In this document: in pieces, positions 41,985 through 56,000 of the stretch
How the letters are laid out: each line of letters begins with the position of its first letter
How positions within the stretch are numbered: position 1 is the first letter of the stretch
NCBI GenBank assembly: GCA_020137815.1
Contig: CM035356.1
Span: 5,270,001-5,334,000, forward strand
Origin: Hormiphora californensis
Lineage: Eukaryota > Animalia > Ctenophora
Direction: 5' to 3'
DNA: 64,000 nucleotides
The notes under the pieces: model-generated
The model's input: only the letters and a program-made list of their open reading frames with translations
The model's database searches: none
Told to the model about the DNA's origin: nothing
Program-made: the position numbers and the translations under genes

Positions 41985-44900
41985 CACGGGGAGTATAGCG
42001 AATACTGGCGGGGGGATACCTTGCGGTTGGTAAGCGTGTAACAGAAGGAAAGTGAGTGGGGGACATCTCTATTAAAGGTGAGGAGAGCGCTGCAGACACA
42101 AATGCTGCCATATCAGATCCATCCATTCGACCTGGTATTAGAGAGGGGTTAGGTTAGACCCATTCTTAAACATAAAACTGGAAATTAGGACTAAATTAAG
42201 TTCTGGATATACCGTGGTATCGTTCAAATCCAGCCTCTTTTAAAATCACCAAAGTGGGATGTCGAGATATATGGAGATCCACACAGCTCTGTGGATGTTC
42301 CACACAGTTGAACTGGTGCAACTGAAATCAGGATGTTAGCTTGACCAATATCCGCATATCCCTTCTAAAGAATACCTTATTCAGTGTTTATAATACACGT
42401 GTACAAGTCCGTCCAGCGCGATGACGAGAGGCTCTGAATCTGCAGATTCGTGTGCGCGTCACTGACTGGAGGGTTTCACCCGCGCGCAAAGTATACCCTC
42501 TGACACCTCGCGCCCTACAAACACGCGAAGAGAGCGTCATTTGGCGGCACGTTGCATTCGAAAACCATCAGTTGAATTTTGAAGCGATACTCAAGTGCCG
42601 AATTAGATATTAGGACATACATTCCAAAATAGTTGAGTACCTTTTTGTTGCTGAGGATGTCCCATTAGTCGAATAAATTCAAGTGGCAGTTGACCCGTAC
42701 CAAACGCTACTAAAACTGGGTCAATTTCTCCCATCCCTGTTTTATCAAGTAAATCCTATAGGAAAACAGGTTAAATAATTACTTTCTACTTCGTCTTCTA
42801 CAAACCGAGAAACTACTAATTCAACTCACGCTAAGTTGGGTTGGTGTGAGAGTGTTGGGTTGCGGTAGGAGCCTCAGGGCTGAGAAGACAATATCTTGAG
42901 TGACCATACTTGAGAGTCCCTAAAAAGTATAATGATCCAAAATTGAAAAGTTGAAAAATGTAATGTAAAGAGATATAGCATAGTATCACATATCTCCCCT
43001 ATAAGACTCACTGTAGCTTTATCCATTATAGAGTTGAGACTGTTGGTAGCATCTCCCAGAGGCACAAAAAACACCTCACTTCGCCCCAACATTTCACAGA
43101 TCTTCTCAGCTCCGGACTCACACCGGGCCAAACCCACGTGAGCCAGACGTTGGAGAGAGAGCGCCACTCTGTTTAGAGTGCTTTCAGAGACGCAATCTGA
43201 GGCGGGGTGGGGGTGAGAGGACCTCATAGGATGGAGGCAATATTCAACTAAATAATGTATTACTGCTGACCTGTTTTCAAAATTCAGGATATTAAAATTC
43301 AGGATGTATTGTCGTCTGTCTGCGTCATCCCGGCTCATATCTCTCTCTCTCTCTCTGATAAAATGATTTATCTAACTGTGGATCTGTCTGTTTTTCCATT
43401 GAATCCTAAATCTCTCTCGGACTTTCTGTCTGTCCTCCTTCTCCCAGATATGTCAGACTGTCCGCCTTCTCTCTCTCTCTTTCTCTCTCTCTGTCTGTCC
43501 CTCTCACCATCATCCCTACTGCACACACTGATCACCCAAGGCCGGTCCATGCCCGTAACGGCCCTCTTCAGAGACCCATCTGTTAGCACTACCACAGGGG
43601 CAGGTGGGATTGAGTCCATGACAAACTTGAGAAGTGATTTCAGATCTCTCACTCCCTCATACCTCGCCTGGCCTGCGGGGGGAGAATGTGTGAGGTACTG
43701 CAACCACGTTTTAGTTTCACAAAAGAGTGCCCTCCCCGAACCAGGCAAAATTGGTGATGTTAGTATGGCGATCTTTTCAAAGTTTGTGAGCCGCTGATGG
43801 TACAGTTAAATCAAAGAAAGCTTTCTTTTAACACCTGCCCGAATTCTAGGGACCCAAAATTCGGGCAGGTGTTCAAATAAAACTGGGACCCCGACTAAAG
43901 TTAGCATGCTATTATCAGATGGTCGCTAAAAATATACTTCGTGTGCTATCGCATTCATCATCTAGTCGCTAAAAATACATCTTACCAGACTCCGAGAAAA
44001 GGATGAGAGAAGGATAGCCCCTGAGGTTTAGACACACCTCTCTACTTTCTTGACAGTTAACAGCACCAATCTTAACAACTCCTTCCAGCTCTTTAGCTAG
44101 TTGACGCCACTGTAATGAAGGGGGTTTAACGATAATTAATCTTGCTCGAACTTCTCTCACTGTAGATTTACAAATATTAAGGACGGTTAGAAATAACAAT
44201 ATTCATCATGGAGTGGTTAGTTATGTACCTACTTATGAGTTGATTATGCAGTAAATTCTTATTTATGAGTCATATGAATATTCTGCCTTGTTACTCTCCG
44301 AGTACAGGAGGGTTAGAACATAACAATGAATAATGAGGACTGGAATAAATTTACCAGACCTCGATTTACCGGACCTCGATTTACCAGACCTCGATTTACT
44401 GTGTACCGTGATTTACCAGATAGATAAATTGCCCCTCGAACATGTCATGTAAAATACAACCTCTATTTACCGTATACCTCATTTATCCTTCCCCTGAAGA
44501 GTCTGGTAAATCGCTGTCAGGCCAATTCTCTGACCACAGTTCTTGCGCGGGGAGAATAGGGTCAGGCCAATTCTCTGACCGCAGTTCTTGCGCGGGGAGA
44601 ATAGGGTCAGGCCAATACTCTGACCGCAGTTCTTGCGCGGGGAGAATAGGGTCAGGCCAATACTCTGACCGCAGTTCTTGCACGGGGAGAATAGGGTCAG
44701 GCCAATACTCTGACCGCAGTTCTTGCACGGGGAGAATAGGGTCAGGACAATGCTCTGACAAGTAAATTGAGGTTTGGCTGCTGCCATGATGATTAAAAAA
44801 CCACCATGATATACATGACTACAGTTGCCTTAATAATGAATTGTGTGGTACCATAATTTAGTTTCTCATTTACAGACAGGAAAAGAGACCGATTCTGTAA

Positions 44901-47080
44901 GATGAATAAGTAATATAAGATGTATTCTAACAACAGTTATCTAATTAGCTAATTAATTAGCTAACAGAGTTGTTAACAAAATTAATAAAAGTCGCACTTC
45001 GTTCTATATCCGTCTAGCAGATTTGATAACACACAAACAATAAACAACAGGAACCGACCGAATCAGGAAATACTGGTCCCTGATTGGCTGATAACCAGTC
45101 ACGTGACCTAAATAACGAGTTCTGATTGGTTGTTTACTTGTTTCGGTCGGTTCCTGACAAACAATAAAGATAATAATAATAAGATAGTATCTCAGATATA
45201 ATTCTCTCTCTATCACTCTAATTCCAGCCATTAAATCTTCTCAAAAGCGCTTGTTTTTCTCAGGAGTATATGTATCAGTCTTGAGCCTGAAAAATCCTCA
45301 ATACTGCTGAAACAACACAGATACAGCCCTCTCTTTCTCTCTCTCTGTTTACTGTTTTCATCTCTGTTTTCTGTTTACAGAGCCGCATTGGCACTTTTAT
45401 TCTCCACCACTACACTGCTAACACCATGGTAACACCATGCTGTTTACAGAGCCGCATTAGCACTTTTATTCTCCACCACTACACTGCTAACACCATGGTA
45501 ACACCATGCTGTTTACAGAGCCGCATTAGCACTTTTATTCTCCACCACTACACTGCTCCCCTTGCTCGGTGAAATGGCTCTCTCTGACAGAGCCTTGTTG
45601 AGTGCAAATGCGCTCTTTCCACCTGGGTTCCGTGTCGGTGTCGTCCCTGTTTCTGACTCACCCCCAGCACCCCAGAAATTGGTTCGAGTAGCCCCTCCCG
45701 GGGATACACCAAGGTTTAGTTGAGGGATGAATCGGGATATCAATGTTAAAACGTCCTTTTTGAACCACGTCATGCGAGTGTAGTAGATAATGGGGTTAAG
45801 GAGAGAGTTTAATTGGACTAGCATGATGTACGTTATTGTCCAAACGTAGTATTTCCTAAAAACTGGGGCATTCTTGAAGATCCCAACATCCTCTTTGTAG
45901 CCGCTGTTTTTCCAGATATCGAATCTGATGCTGTTGATAACAACAGGGATGTTGCACGCAATGTAGACGGTTGTGAAGATAAGGACTGTGATGGTAGCTT
46001 CATATCTCATGTTGCTTCCTCGGGATTTGTTGCTTCTGTTCTGGAGGAGTAGGAAGGCAACTGCCAGGGCCGAGCCCACGATCGGTATGATAGGAACGGA
46101 GAGGAGAGTGACAGCGGAGTAATACTCAATATCAGCATAGAGGGATGTGAAGTCATCCACCATGAAAAACGGGTAGGGTGAGGATGGGTGATCGATTATG
46201 TATTCACCATAAAACGTGATACCAACGAGAGATCTAATGATAAGGAGGGAGCAATACCCAACCACAATTGCAACAGTCCAACGGAATCGAACAATTTTCC
46301 TTCTCGTGGCCAGTTTTATCAGCCTGATGGTTGAGAGAACGAGGACTAGGAACACACTGGTATACACAAAGGGCTCGTAAGTCACACCCCACAGAGTTCT
46401 AAAAGTCTTGCTGGAGAAGAAATAGTTGGTTCGGTTCCCGGTCAGCAGATTGATCCCGATTGGATATCCGTTGAAACAGATCCAGGTATCCACTGCTGCG
46501 ATGACCGTGTGAACGAAGTAGGGGGCGCTAGAGGGACGTTGGTAGAAGATATAGAAGGAGAGGAGGTTGGCTGGTGTTCCAACTATCATACAGATCATAA
46601 TGAATAGTCCGATTATTATGTCGACACCCGGTATGGGATTTAGGTCCCCCATGTTCGTATCTGTGACGTTCTCCATAGTGTTATACGGAGCTGTAGTTGG
46701 GGAGATGGGTTGTTATAAAGCACTTATATTAGTAATTGGTATCAGTGTTGGCACGTTGGTTAATGGTAACGTTTTTTATGTTCTAATAACCCTCCTTTAC
46801 AGGGAGGGTCGAACAAGGCTAGTAACATATTTTGTTAGAATGCTAATCAACAATGAGACTGCGGATGAAGATAAATCTAATATTAAAGAATATAATAGAG
46901 CTAAGACGAAGATAGACTATAGAGCTATCACCATGAAGATATCACAACAACAGTGGTTCTCTAATTGAAGGGCACAAAGAGTGTCTTGTTGGTAAATCAG
47001 ATTCAGTGGTTATTACAATGGTGTTATGACTATATTGGCAAAGATAGACATCTATATATTATTTATAGAGGGGACGAGAA

Positions 47081-47153
<73 letters not shown>

Positions 47154-49922
47154 TGAGAGCCATTAAAGACACGCTTCACGAGAAAGATAGGAGCGTACTA
47201 TTCATGATCCAAGCTGGTTCCAAACGGATGGAGGCCTATAATTCTGAAGAGCGGGTCACTATAAACACACTCGGCAGTCGACAAGTCTGAGAAAATGTAG
47301 ACCAAGGTTCCAAGAATAGTTCGAAAGTGAGATCGTTACTTTTACTAAAGAGAGAGCAAACGGAAGGTTGTTACTTTTACTAAAGAGAGAGCAAACGGAA
47401 GATTGTTTTAGTGAGAAAATGTGGAGCTGCAGAGAATGTGCTGGGAACTGCACCACCATTAGATACGTCACACGATGATACCACATTAGATCTAGGGACT
47501 GTTTCATATGACATATCTTAATCACTCTTAGTTACTAATTTACTTTAATTACTCGGCTGATTCCTAGAGTAAAACCACGAACAGATAATTATCTAATATA
47601 ATCGGACTTATAATTAAGGATCGGATTTAAACGTAGTTTAGCTACTTGATGAACTCGACAATCACAGTTTCAACATGGCATTCATGGTGTTAGAGGAGGA
47701 CAAAGGAGTATATTATAAACAAACAATCCACACACCATGCCACATGTGGCACACCCTGGTGTTGCAGTATAAATGACACATGTGATGTAGACACACGTTC
47801 CTTCTCTCGGAACACACACCCTGGTGTTGCAGTATAAATGACACATGATATAGACACACGTTCCTCCTCTCGGAACAAAACACAATATATAAACTGAGAG
47901 CTCCGGCCTTTGAACTATAGTTATACATATAGAATGGCAATTTCCGCCTCGTATATAATATATCACTTGTATATAGCAGGCAAGAGACCCACTGATATAC
48001 ACGTGGCCTATATACGAGAGCTTTTTGTTTTTATGTGCAGAGGAGAAACAACAACTTTTACAGTGCTGCTTGCAGTCAAAATACGGTAACGCAAAATACA
48101 GTAAGGAGACGCGCACGGTGCATAACGCGCGGCAAAAAGTTCATGTGTCAGCATGTACTAGCGCCCTGATTGGTCACGGTTGCGCGTCGTCTTACTGTAT
48201 CTTCGTTTTCCATTACCGTTTTCCCACTACAAGCAACCGTGTTACTCACAGGAGCAAGAGTTATGGAAAGAATCTTTCGGCTTTTGACTCTAGTTAATCC
48301 GAATTAAAAGAAACTATTATTGTCTGTATAAAAGAGATAAGAGAGATTGTCTAGAGAACTATAATACCGGATAGTGAACTATTTTAATATCGGTGAGAGA
48401 TATAGCCACCATTAACAATGGGATAATATCTATATTGGTAGACGCACATTATACCACTAGTCTTCTGAGCTGCTAGACCGAGGACTGGCTTCAGCTTGGT
48501 CGAAGGAAGCTGCATTAAATAACAGCTGTTATAAGTTGTTTTCTATTAAACTATTATCGCGAATAGAAACAAAACATCATGCAACTTAAATATATAAGAC
48601 AATCATAAGACAATAACATGACAATCGTTTACAAACATTAAGAGATCTTATAATCGGTTATTTACGGAATCGGTTTATTCGACTGACTACCATTTCTAAC
48701 TAGTTTCTTCTTAAGCTCATCCGTTTAGAAATAATAACAAAATAAACTAACTGCGGCTATAATAATTCTACAGACATTTCTCTCTCTCTTCTACTGCATT
48801 ACTCAAATGCACAGGTCACCGCGTGCCATCACCACACGGCGATCATGACAAAACGATACCTTAATGAACACAGCTGTATAGTCATACTAGGTAGCGACTA
48901 GCGGTAATATTGGAGTAGAAGGATTTGCTAGATAAACCGAGAAAGGGTGGTTTAGAAAGTGGAAAAAGGGAGTAATTTATTCGGTCCGAGTAAATTGGGA
49001 TACAGGATACTGTATGTTTTTTAAAAAGTGAAAGAAGAGCAACGCGGAAGACAGTGACTGATCAAGCTGTTGGTAAGATTCTGCGAGAAAATCTCAAAAA
49101 GTCATTAAATGCATATTTTTGACAGTTTTCATATGTTACGCATGTATTATATAACAGGTGTACTACAGCTGTGATTTTGCTAGATTACTCCCTTGTAAAA
49201 AAACTACTACTACAAAATGACAGTACAGCTTTGGCAATGAAATAACCCCTCTGCGCAAGCTCACGGAGCTATAATAGGGGTGACGTGCCGTAACCAAAGT
49301 ACAGCTAGCATTTCCAAACCCCGGGCTGCTTTTAAAGCTGTCCAGTAATCAACAATAAAATGAATAAATCCACGTGGAGGACGAGATGACAAAAAAGGCT
49401 AAGGACACAACTGCACCGAACGTAGTCGAACCTGTCACAGGGTATTTTAGAAGGACAAAGGATATCTATCTTGATCAAGATCTTTGTTCTATTGTACAAT
49501 TATACTAAAACAGTGTTCATTAAATGGTGTCTAGACAACTGTATTGTTTTTCTAATTTCTATCACGCCCTTTCTAAAACCTCTCTCTCAAATTTTTAGAT
49601 AGAGAGTCATCAGTCAAACTCGCTCGCTTTGACGGCAGTCGATATACTGTCCGTGAATCTTGACGAACGGGGCTCCCGGTCTTTCCATAAAAAGCAAGTT
49701 ATACCAGACTGAATAAAAATGCTCGCTATTAAGTGAGATCGTTTAATTTACTAAAGAGAGCAAAAGAAGAGTGTTGTATTAACTAAGGAGAGAGGATATG
49801 TTGATGAACTATAAAGCTCTCCAGTGAGCATGGCATAGAAAAGACGGCGTTTTCAAACGAACTAACGTCACTCATCAACAGTGTGGAGGGAGGTGATAAT
49901 GATAGAGAGAGAGTGTGTGTGT

Positions 49923-49986
<64 letters not shown>

Positions 49987-49990
49987 AGAG

Positions 49991-50048
<58 letters not shown>

Positions 50049-50617
50049 AGAGAAAGATAGAATCCCAGTACCTCTCTACTTCTGCAGCAACTCATGTAGT
50101 GGTTCTTCAAGTGAGGCCAGTAGGAAGTTTACTGTTTAGGGAGTAGCCGTAGTTGGGAGTAGTTGAAAAGTAGCGGAGAGAACGTTAATGTAAAACCAGG
50201 GTGTGAGAGAAAGAGAGAGATAGAGCGGCGTTCAACTTACTTATTACCCAATGAAGTAGTAAAAAGAACCATGGTAAAATAATATACAGGAGGATAAAAT
50301 AGAATGAAGAATGTGATGATTAGCTGTTAAAAGACATAATATCATGATGAAAGGAAGAACATTTTAGAAAACTAAAGATTGAGAAACGGGATAACTGATA
50401 AGTCGAGCTGTGATATCTAACTTGATATCTAATGCCAGTGAGCCACACAACGGCCGCAGCCACTGTCAGGCCAATGCTCTGACAGCGCAGCCATGGCATG
50501 TCTAACTGATGACAAAATATCGGATTAGCATCGGGGAATTTGTTGAGCTGTGGTGTAGTGGTTGCATCTAAATGCCACATGGCGAATGGAAATGAGTGCG
50601 AACGAGAGTGAGAAATT

Positions 50618-50705
<88 letters not shown>

Positions 50706-51650
50706 GGGGGGGGAGAGAGAACGATCGAGGAAAGACGTTATATTAAATATTCTACCAACTGTCAGGTGACACCGTTCTTCAATCACCACATAAATATAGC
50801 GTGCCACCCAGGGGGGGGGGGGGGGGGGGGGGGTGAACAGTTGAAAAAAAATACTAATAACACGCCCTACTGACAAACAGTTGAAGTGAAACATACATGC
50901 ACAGGCAGATCTCGGTTTCGGAAATTGCGGGGTAACTCAATAGGTATAGAGCAATGGACGTGTAAACCTGACAAGTGTGAACAATTCTCCATGCGTAACT
51001 GTAAAGAAAAAACAACAAGAAGTTGTAATTTTATTTATTATATGAGGGACGTTGGGACGCATCCCATACATCAATTCTAGAAAATGCATCGGGTAAGATT
51101 CTTACTGATTTATAGGCTTCCCTAGTATAATGGGGTATAAGGGTAACATATAAATTCCTGTATTTATAGGACACACACATGTGTGTATTTATCCTAAGAT
51201 AATCATAGACAAGTTACTAGCCCGTCCAGTTATAGATCGGGTGGTAACTAGCAGCGCGGCGGGATAAAGACTTGCATAAATCAGTTTCAGACAGTATAAT
51301 CGTTCATTATATTGGTAAATAGGGCAGCTCCTATTAGCATATATCATGAGTTGGCCCTGCATCATCAATATTAGTTAGATTCAACTATTGCAATATTGAT
51401 AATTAACAGTGCCTCATGCACTCATAACTAATGCATTAAAAGGGCCATGGGCACTAAAATTAAATTTATATATTCGTAGCCAATGAGTACAATTATATCG
51501 GGTCAATTCGCCCATGAATCTACGTGAGACCATACCCTATATATATAATCTGTCTGGAATAAAGAATAAAGATATACTGCCAGCACTCAGACATATAATT
51601 GCATAACTATTATTATTTATTAGCACCCTATAATGGGGGCTATATATAGT

Positions 51651-51686
<36 letters not shown>

Positions 51687-52437
51687 CTATTATATTGCTC
51701 AACTCTAAAAGCAAGCATTATAACACAGAACAAAACGTACTAACTCTGTCAAGTAGGGGATAATGGTCGAGCAGAACAATGGCTTTTTATTTGGCAATCA
51801 TTCAATCACCAACCAACCTGATCTGTGGAAGTCTGGGAACCATGTCTATATCGCAATGAGAGTAGTGATAGTGAGAGAGAGAGAGAGATAGAGAGAGGAG
51901 AGAGAGAGAGAGAGAGAGAATAGAGATAGATAGATAGAGATAGAGAGAGAGAGAATCTATATAGAGAGAGAGATAATATCGAGAGATGAGGATAGAGACT
52001 CATCTATCTCTCGATATAGCATTGATCGACGATCAGATCGAGAGTGAAAAAGCGGTGGCACACAACACGCGATATAGAAGTATAGAGAGTAGAGATGAGA
52101 GAGAGCTTTCGACTAGAGTTAGACAGAGATAACTAGGGTGCTAAATCCCGTCTGTAGACAGAAATGAGGCACATTCCTATATGCAAAGTATGGAAAAATG
52201 AGTCAACGGTATAGCACTCTGGTCACAGTGACTGCATGAGTTATCATTGATTTGCAAACTGAAAACACGACACGGGCAGGTATATCAAGATCCATGAGGC
52301 TGATAGAGGGAGAGCGAGAGCTCATCGACTGGTATAGCTGTATTGCAATGCCATGATGAAAATATTATACAGCTTAAAATGCAGACATAAAGCGGGATCG
52401 AAATAGACTGGTTCTGTCAACGATAGATAGAAGGAGC

Positions 52438-52489
<52 letters not shown>

Positions 52490-52633
52490 GAGAGAGAGAA
52501 AAAAGAGTGCAAGATGATAGTTCAGGATAGGTAAGCTGTCTACTTGGCTAAACACCCGGTGTGCCAGAACTTGTCAACGAATGCAGGAGTATTTGTTATA
52601 GTCCTGTGGGCATTGGTGATCACGCAGAGAGAA

Positions 52634-52731
<98 letters not shown>

Positions 52732-53046
52732 TATTGACTGAAGAGCTTGGAAAGCATTTATAAGTTTACTGCACCTGTCACTAAGCATGCGCCAGATATC
52801 ACAGGGCAAATGACTGAAAGTGGCTGCAGTAACCCTGCCTGTGAACCCAGTCAAAAATCCCAAAGATAGCGCACAACGTATACTAAGACAGTATGGGTAG
52901 TGATCTGCACCAGCCCGACGTATTTTGACACTACGAAGTTAAATTTCATACCCCTATGCTTTTTATGCAATTTTACGATCCAAAACAGCTAGCAGGGCAA
53001 ACTCAATCTAAAAGCTAGGATTTAAAAATTAAAATTTACAAAGCTG

Positions 53047-53083
<37 letters not shown>

Positions 53084-56000
53084 TTCTCTCCCTGTCTCTC
53101 AGTACAATGGGATATATTCTAATTGAGTGGAATTCATGAAAGTGGGCGGTTTTACTGTGCCATACACACAAGCTACGCTACATGACAGATTCTCTCTTTA
53201 GGAGGGACCAACACCGCCGCCAGTTAGGAAAGCAAGGCACAGACTCTTCAGGAAAAGTAGAAAAAAAAGGGGGGGAGTAGAGCATTCAGCCGAGAGAGGG
53301 AGAGAGGGGAAAGAAGGAGACAAAAGAGAAGGGGGAAAAGAAAGAGAGAAAATATAAGTAGGTCTTCCGCAAATAGAAAAAAAACTTTTTTCAAAAAGAT
53401 ATCGTGGTGTGGAAGGGAGAGGAAAGCGTTGGATTACAAGACAAATTGCATGAAAAGACATGCCCTCTCCAGCTCCTCGTGGTCGGATGTAGCATTGTAG
53501 CATCCAAACGTAGGGTCTAGAAATGCATTATAATGGAACATTTTATAGGATTTAGAATTAGGAAAATGGACCATTAAGATTCGAAAAAGATATTTCGAAC
53601 AAAAAATGTTCTTTTTGGCAGGGCAAACAGTTTTTATCGCGTGTATCATGTGTGTTTGGGCAGATGCTCTATCCCAGGGTATGTTTGAAGCACAAGATGA
53701 TGATTTGACGCGTGACGCAGAGGGCGGGTCAATAGTACTGTTCGGGGTGTGTGCTAGGCAAGAGAGATGGGATCATGCTGCTCAAGATGTTCCCATGGTT
53801 ATATCCAGGAACCGACCGAAACAAGTAAACAACCAATCAGAACTCGTTATTTATGTCACGTGACTGGTTATTAGCCAATCAGGGACCATCATTTCCTGAT
53901 TCGGTCGGTTCCTAGTTATATCCAAAAAAGAATATGAGTTGTCAACTTCTAGCTCCAATCTTCATCCAGAGGAGCTTCAACAGACAAATTACTGCCAAAC
54001 AACGTTATAATTGGAGATGATTAGCAACTTATATCCAGAAGGAATGGAGATGGAGAGGGAGAGATAGAGAGAGTGAGATGAGATGAGAGAGAAGAGAGAG
54101 AGAGAGACGAGAGAGAGAGAGGAGAGAGAGACGAGAGAGAGAGATGAGAGGGAAGGAAATAGAAGGAAAGATCGAGAGAGAGAACAGAGAGGAGAGGAGA
54201 GATGAGAGAGAGAGAGAGATGAGAGACGAGAGACGAGGAGAGACGAGAGTAGAGAGAGATGAGAGAGAGAGAGCGGAGGAGAGAGGAGAGGGACGAGAGA
54301 GAGAGAGAAGAGAGAACAGAGAGCAGAGAAACATGTCAAGTAGCCGTAAAATAGTCGGAGCAAATTAAACTAATTTCAGAATGGACTAAGAGCTGGTTTG
54401 TTGACATTAACAAGTCCACCTACTATCTAAGACAACCTAACAGTAATGTGTTACCTCTCTAGCCGCATGTCCTTCACCCATTCTACCTGCTACTTCTATT
54501 TGTCTCATCTCTATTATGTGTCCTAAAACATCCGTTGCACCAGCTATGTTTATATTATGCAAATTTAATATAGTTCTCTACAGCACTTGATATGTCAAAA
54601 ACTGACGTTTAAATCTTGATTAGGGGACGAAAGGTCTTTCAAAGAAAACCTTATAGAGAATTAAATATGCAAGGTCTTATTGTGGTTTAATTAATTAGAC
54701 CGCAATAGACGAAAGCTCATAACCTAATCAAGACTCACTGGCGAATGAAACATAGTTTGAGCATTCAAATTGAGGTCGTTTAAATGATCGTTCAAATAAC
54801 AAAGGAAAATATCCCAAAGCTGAGCCAATTAGAAACTATTATTACATAACAATACCGCGACTGCACTACTGCTACCCGGGTGGGGTGGTTCCAACATAAT
54901 GACATCATTTTTTATCATCATCATCCATGGGTTAATCAAACTAATGACAACATAACGTCACCTTTTATCGTACCCTCTGAAACAACATTATGTCACCATT
55001 CATATTGGTGTATTTACGTCATGTGTCAAGAAGACCGACCCTCTCTCACGACTCAATACTGGAGAATCTGGGACAATGTTGGTAAGATCTTACAGACAAC
55101 ATGTTATAATATGAGTTTCAAACCTTCAACAATACAACATAACAACAACGTAGACCTATTGTTGTTCAGCAAGTAGGTACTCAATGAATATATATTATAT
55201 GGAGGGTGTATGTGGTATTATATGTGGTATTATATGTAAGAGCTGATATATGTAACTGCATTACTGGCCACACTGGGTGACAAACCTTTAGCTACAGTGC
55301 TCACCGAGCGACCACTGGGCCTGAATGGGTAACATTCAAGTAGCCAACAATTAGAGTCTGTGTCTCCTCGCGTAGAGTCAAAATGAAAATATGAATATCT
55401 GACGGGCATAGCTGGTAAGCAAAGAAAAAAGAACTCAAACAGCTGTTTCGAAAAGATGTCTAAATAACAAACTTGAGCAACTGTTGATAGATTTATGAAG
55501 TTGCTCAAACTCAGGTTTTATCCTAACATGTATGATAAATTTAATCAAATTGTAACCAGATCAGGAGAACAATTGAGCAACAGGAGAAGGGTTTTGTAAC
55601 ATCTGGTGTTATTGTTGTTAGTAATAAAATTAACGAGTGTCATTCTGTCACCCCGTTTTAGACAGTGATTAAACTCAAAACTTCTTGGGTTCCAGGAGGG
55701 AGAGAGTACGAGATAAAAAAGAGATAAAAATCTGCAGATATCTGTTAGCCGTTATATTAGGTGTCGTCTGGCAAGTGGATTGATATTATAAAAGAAAACA
55801 CGGTGACTTTTGGGGCTGTGGCATTGCCACCACAGTTGAATTTAATTCGAATGGCTCATTTCCCCAATACAATAAGCATCCTACAACACATTTGGTTAGA
55901 ATAAATCATACAGATATGTAGCTAACTAATACATCTAGGAGAAACACAAATAACACAACCAATTAATAAATTATAAATCTAGCACTACAAATTTAAAGGA

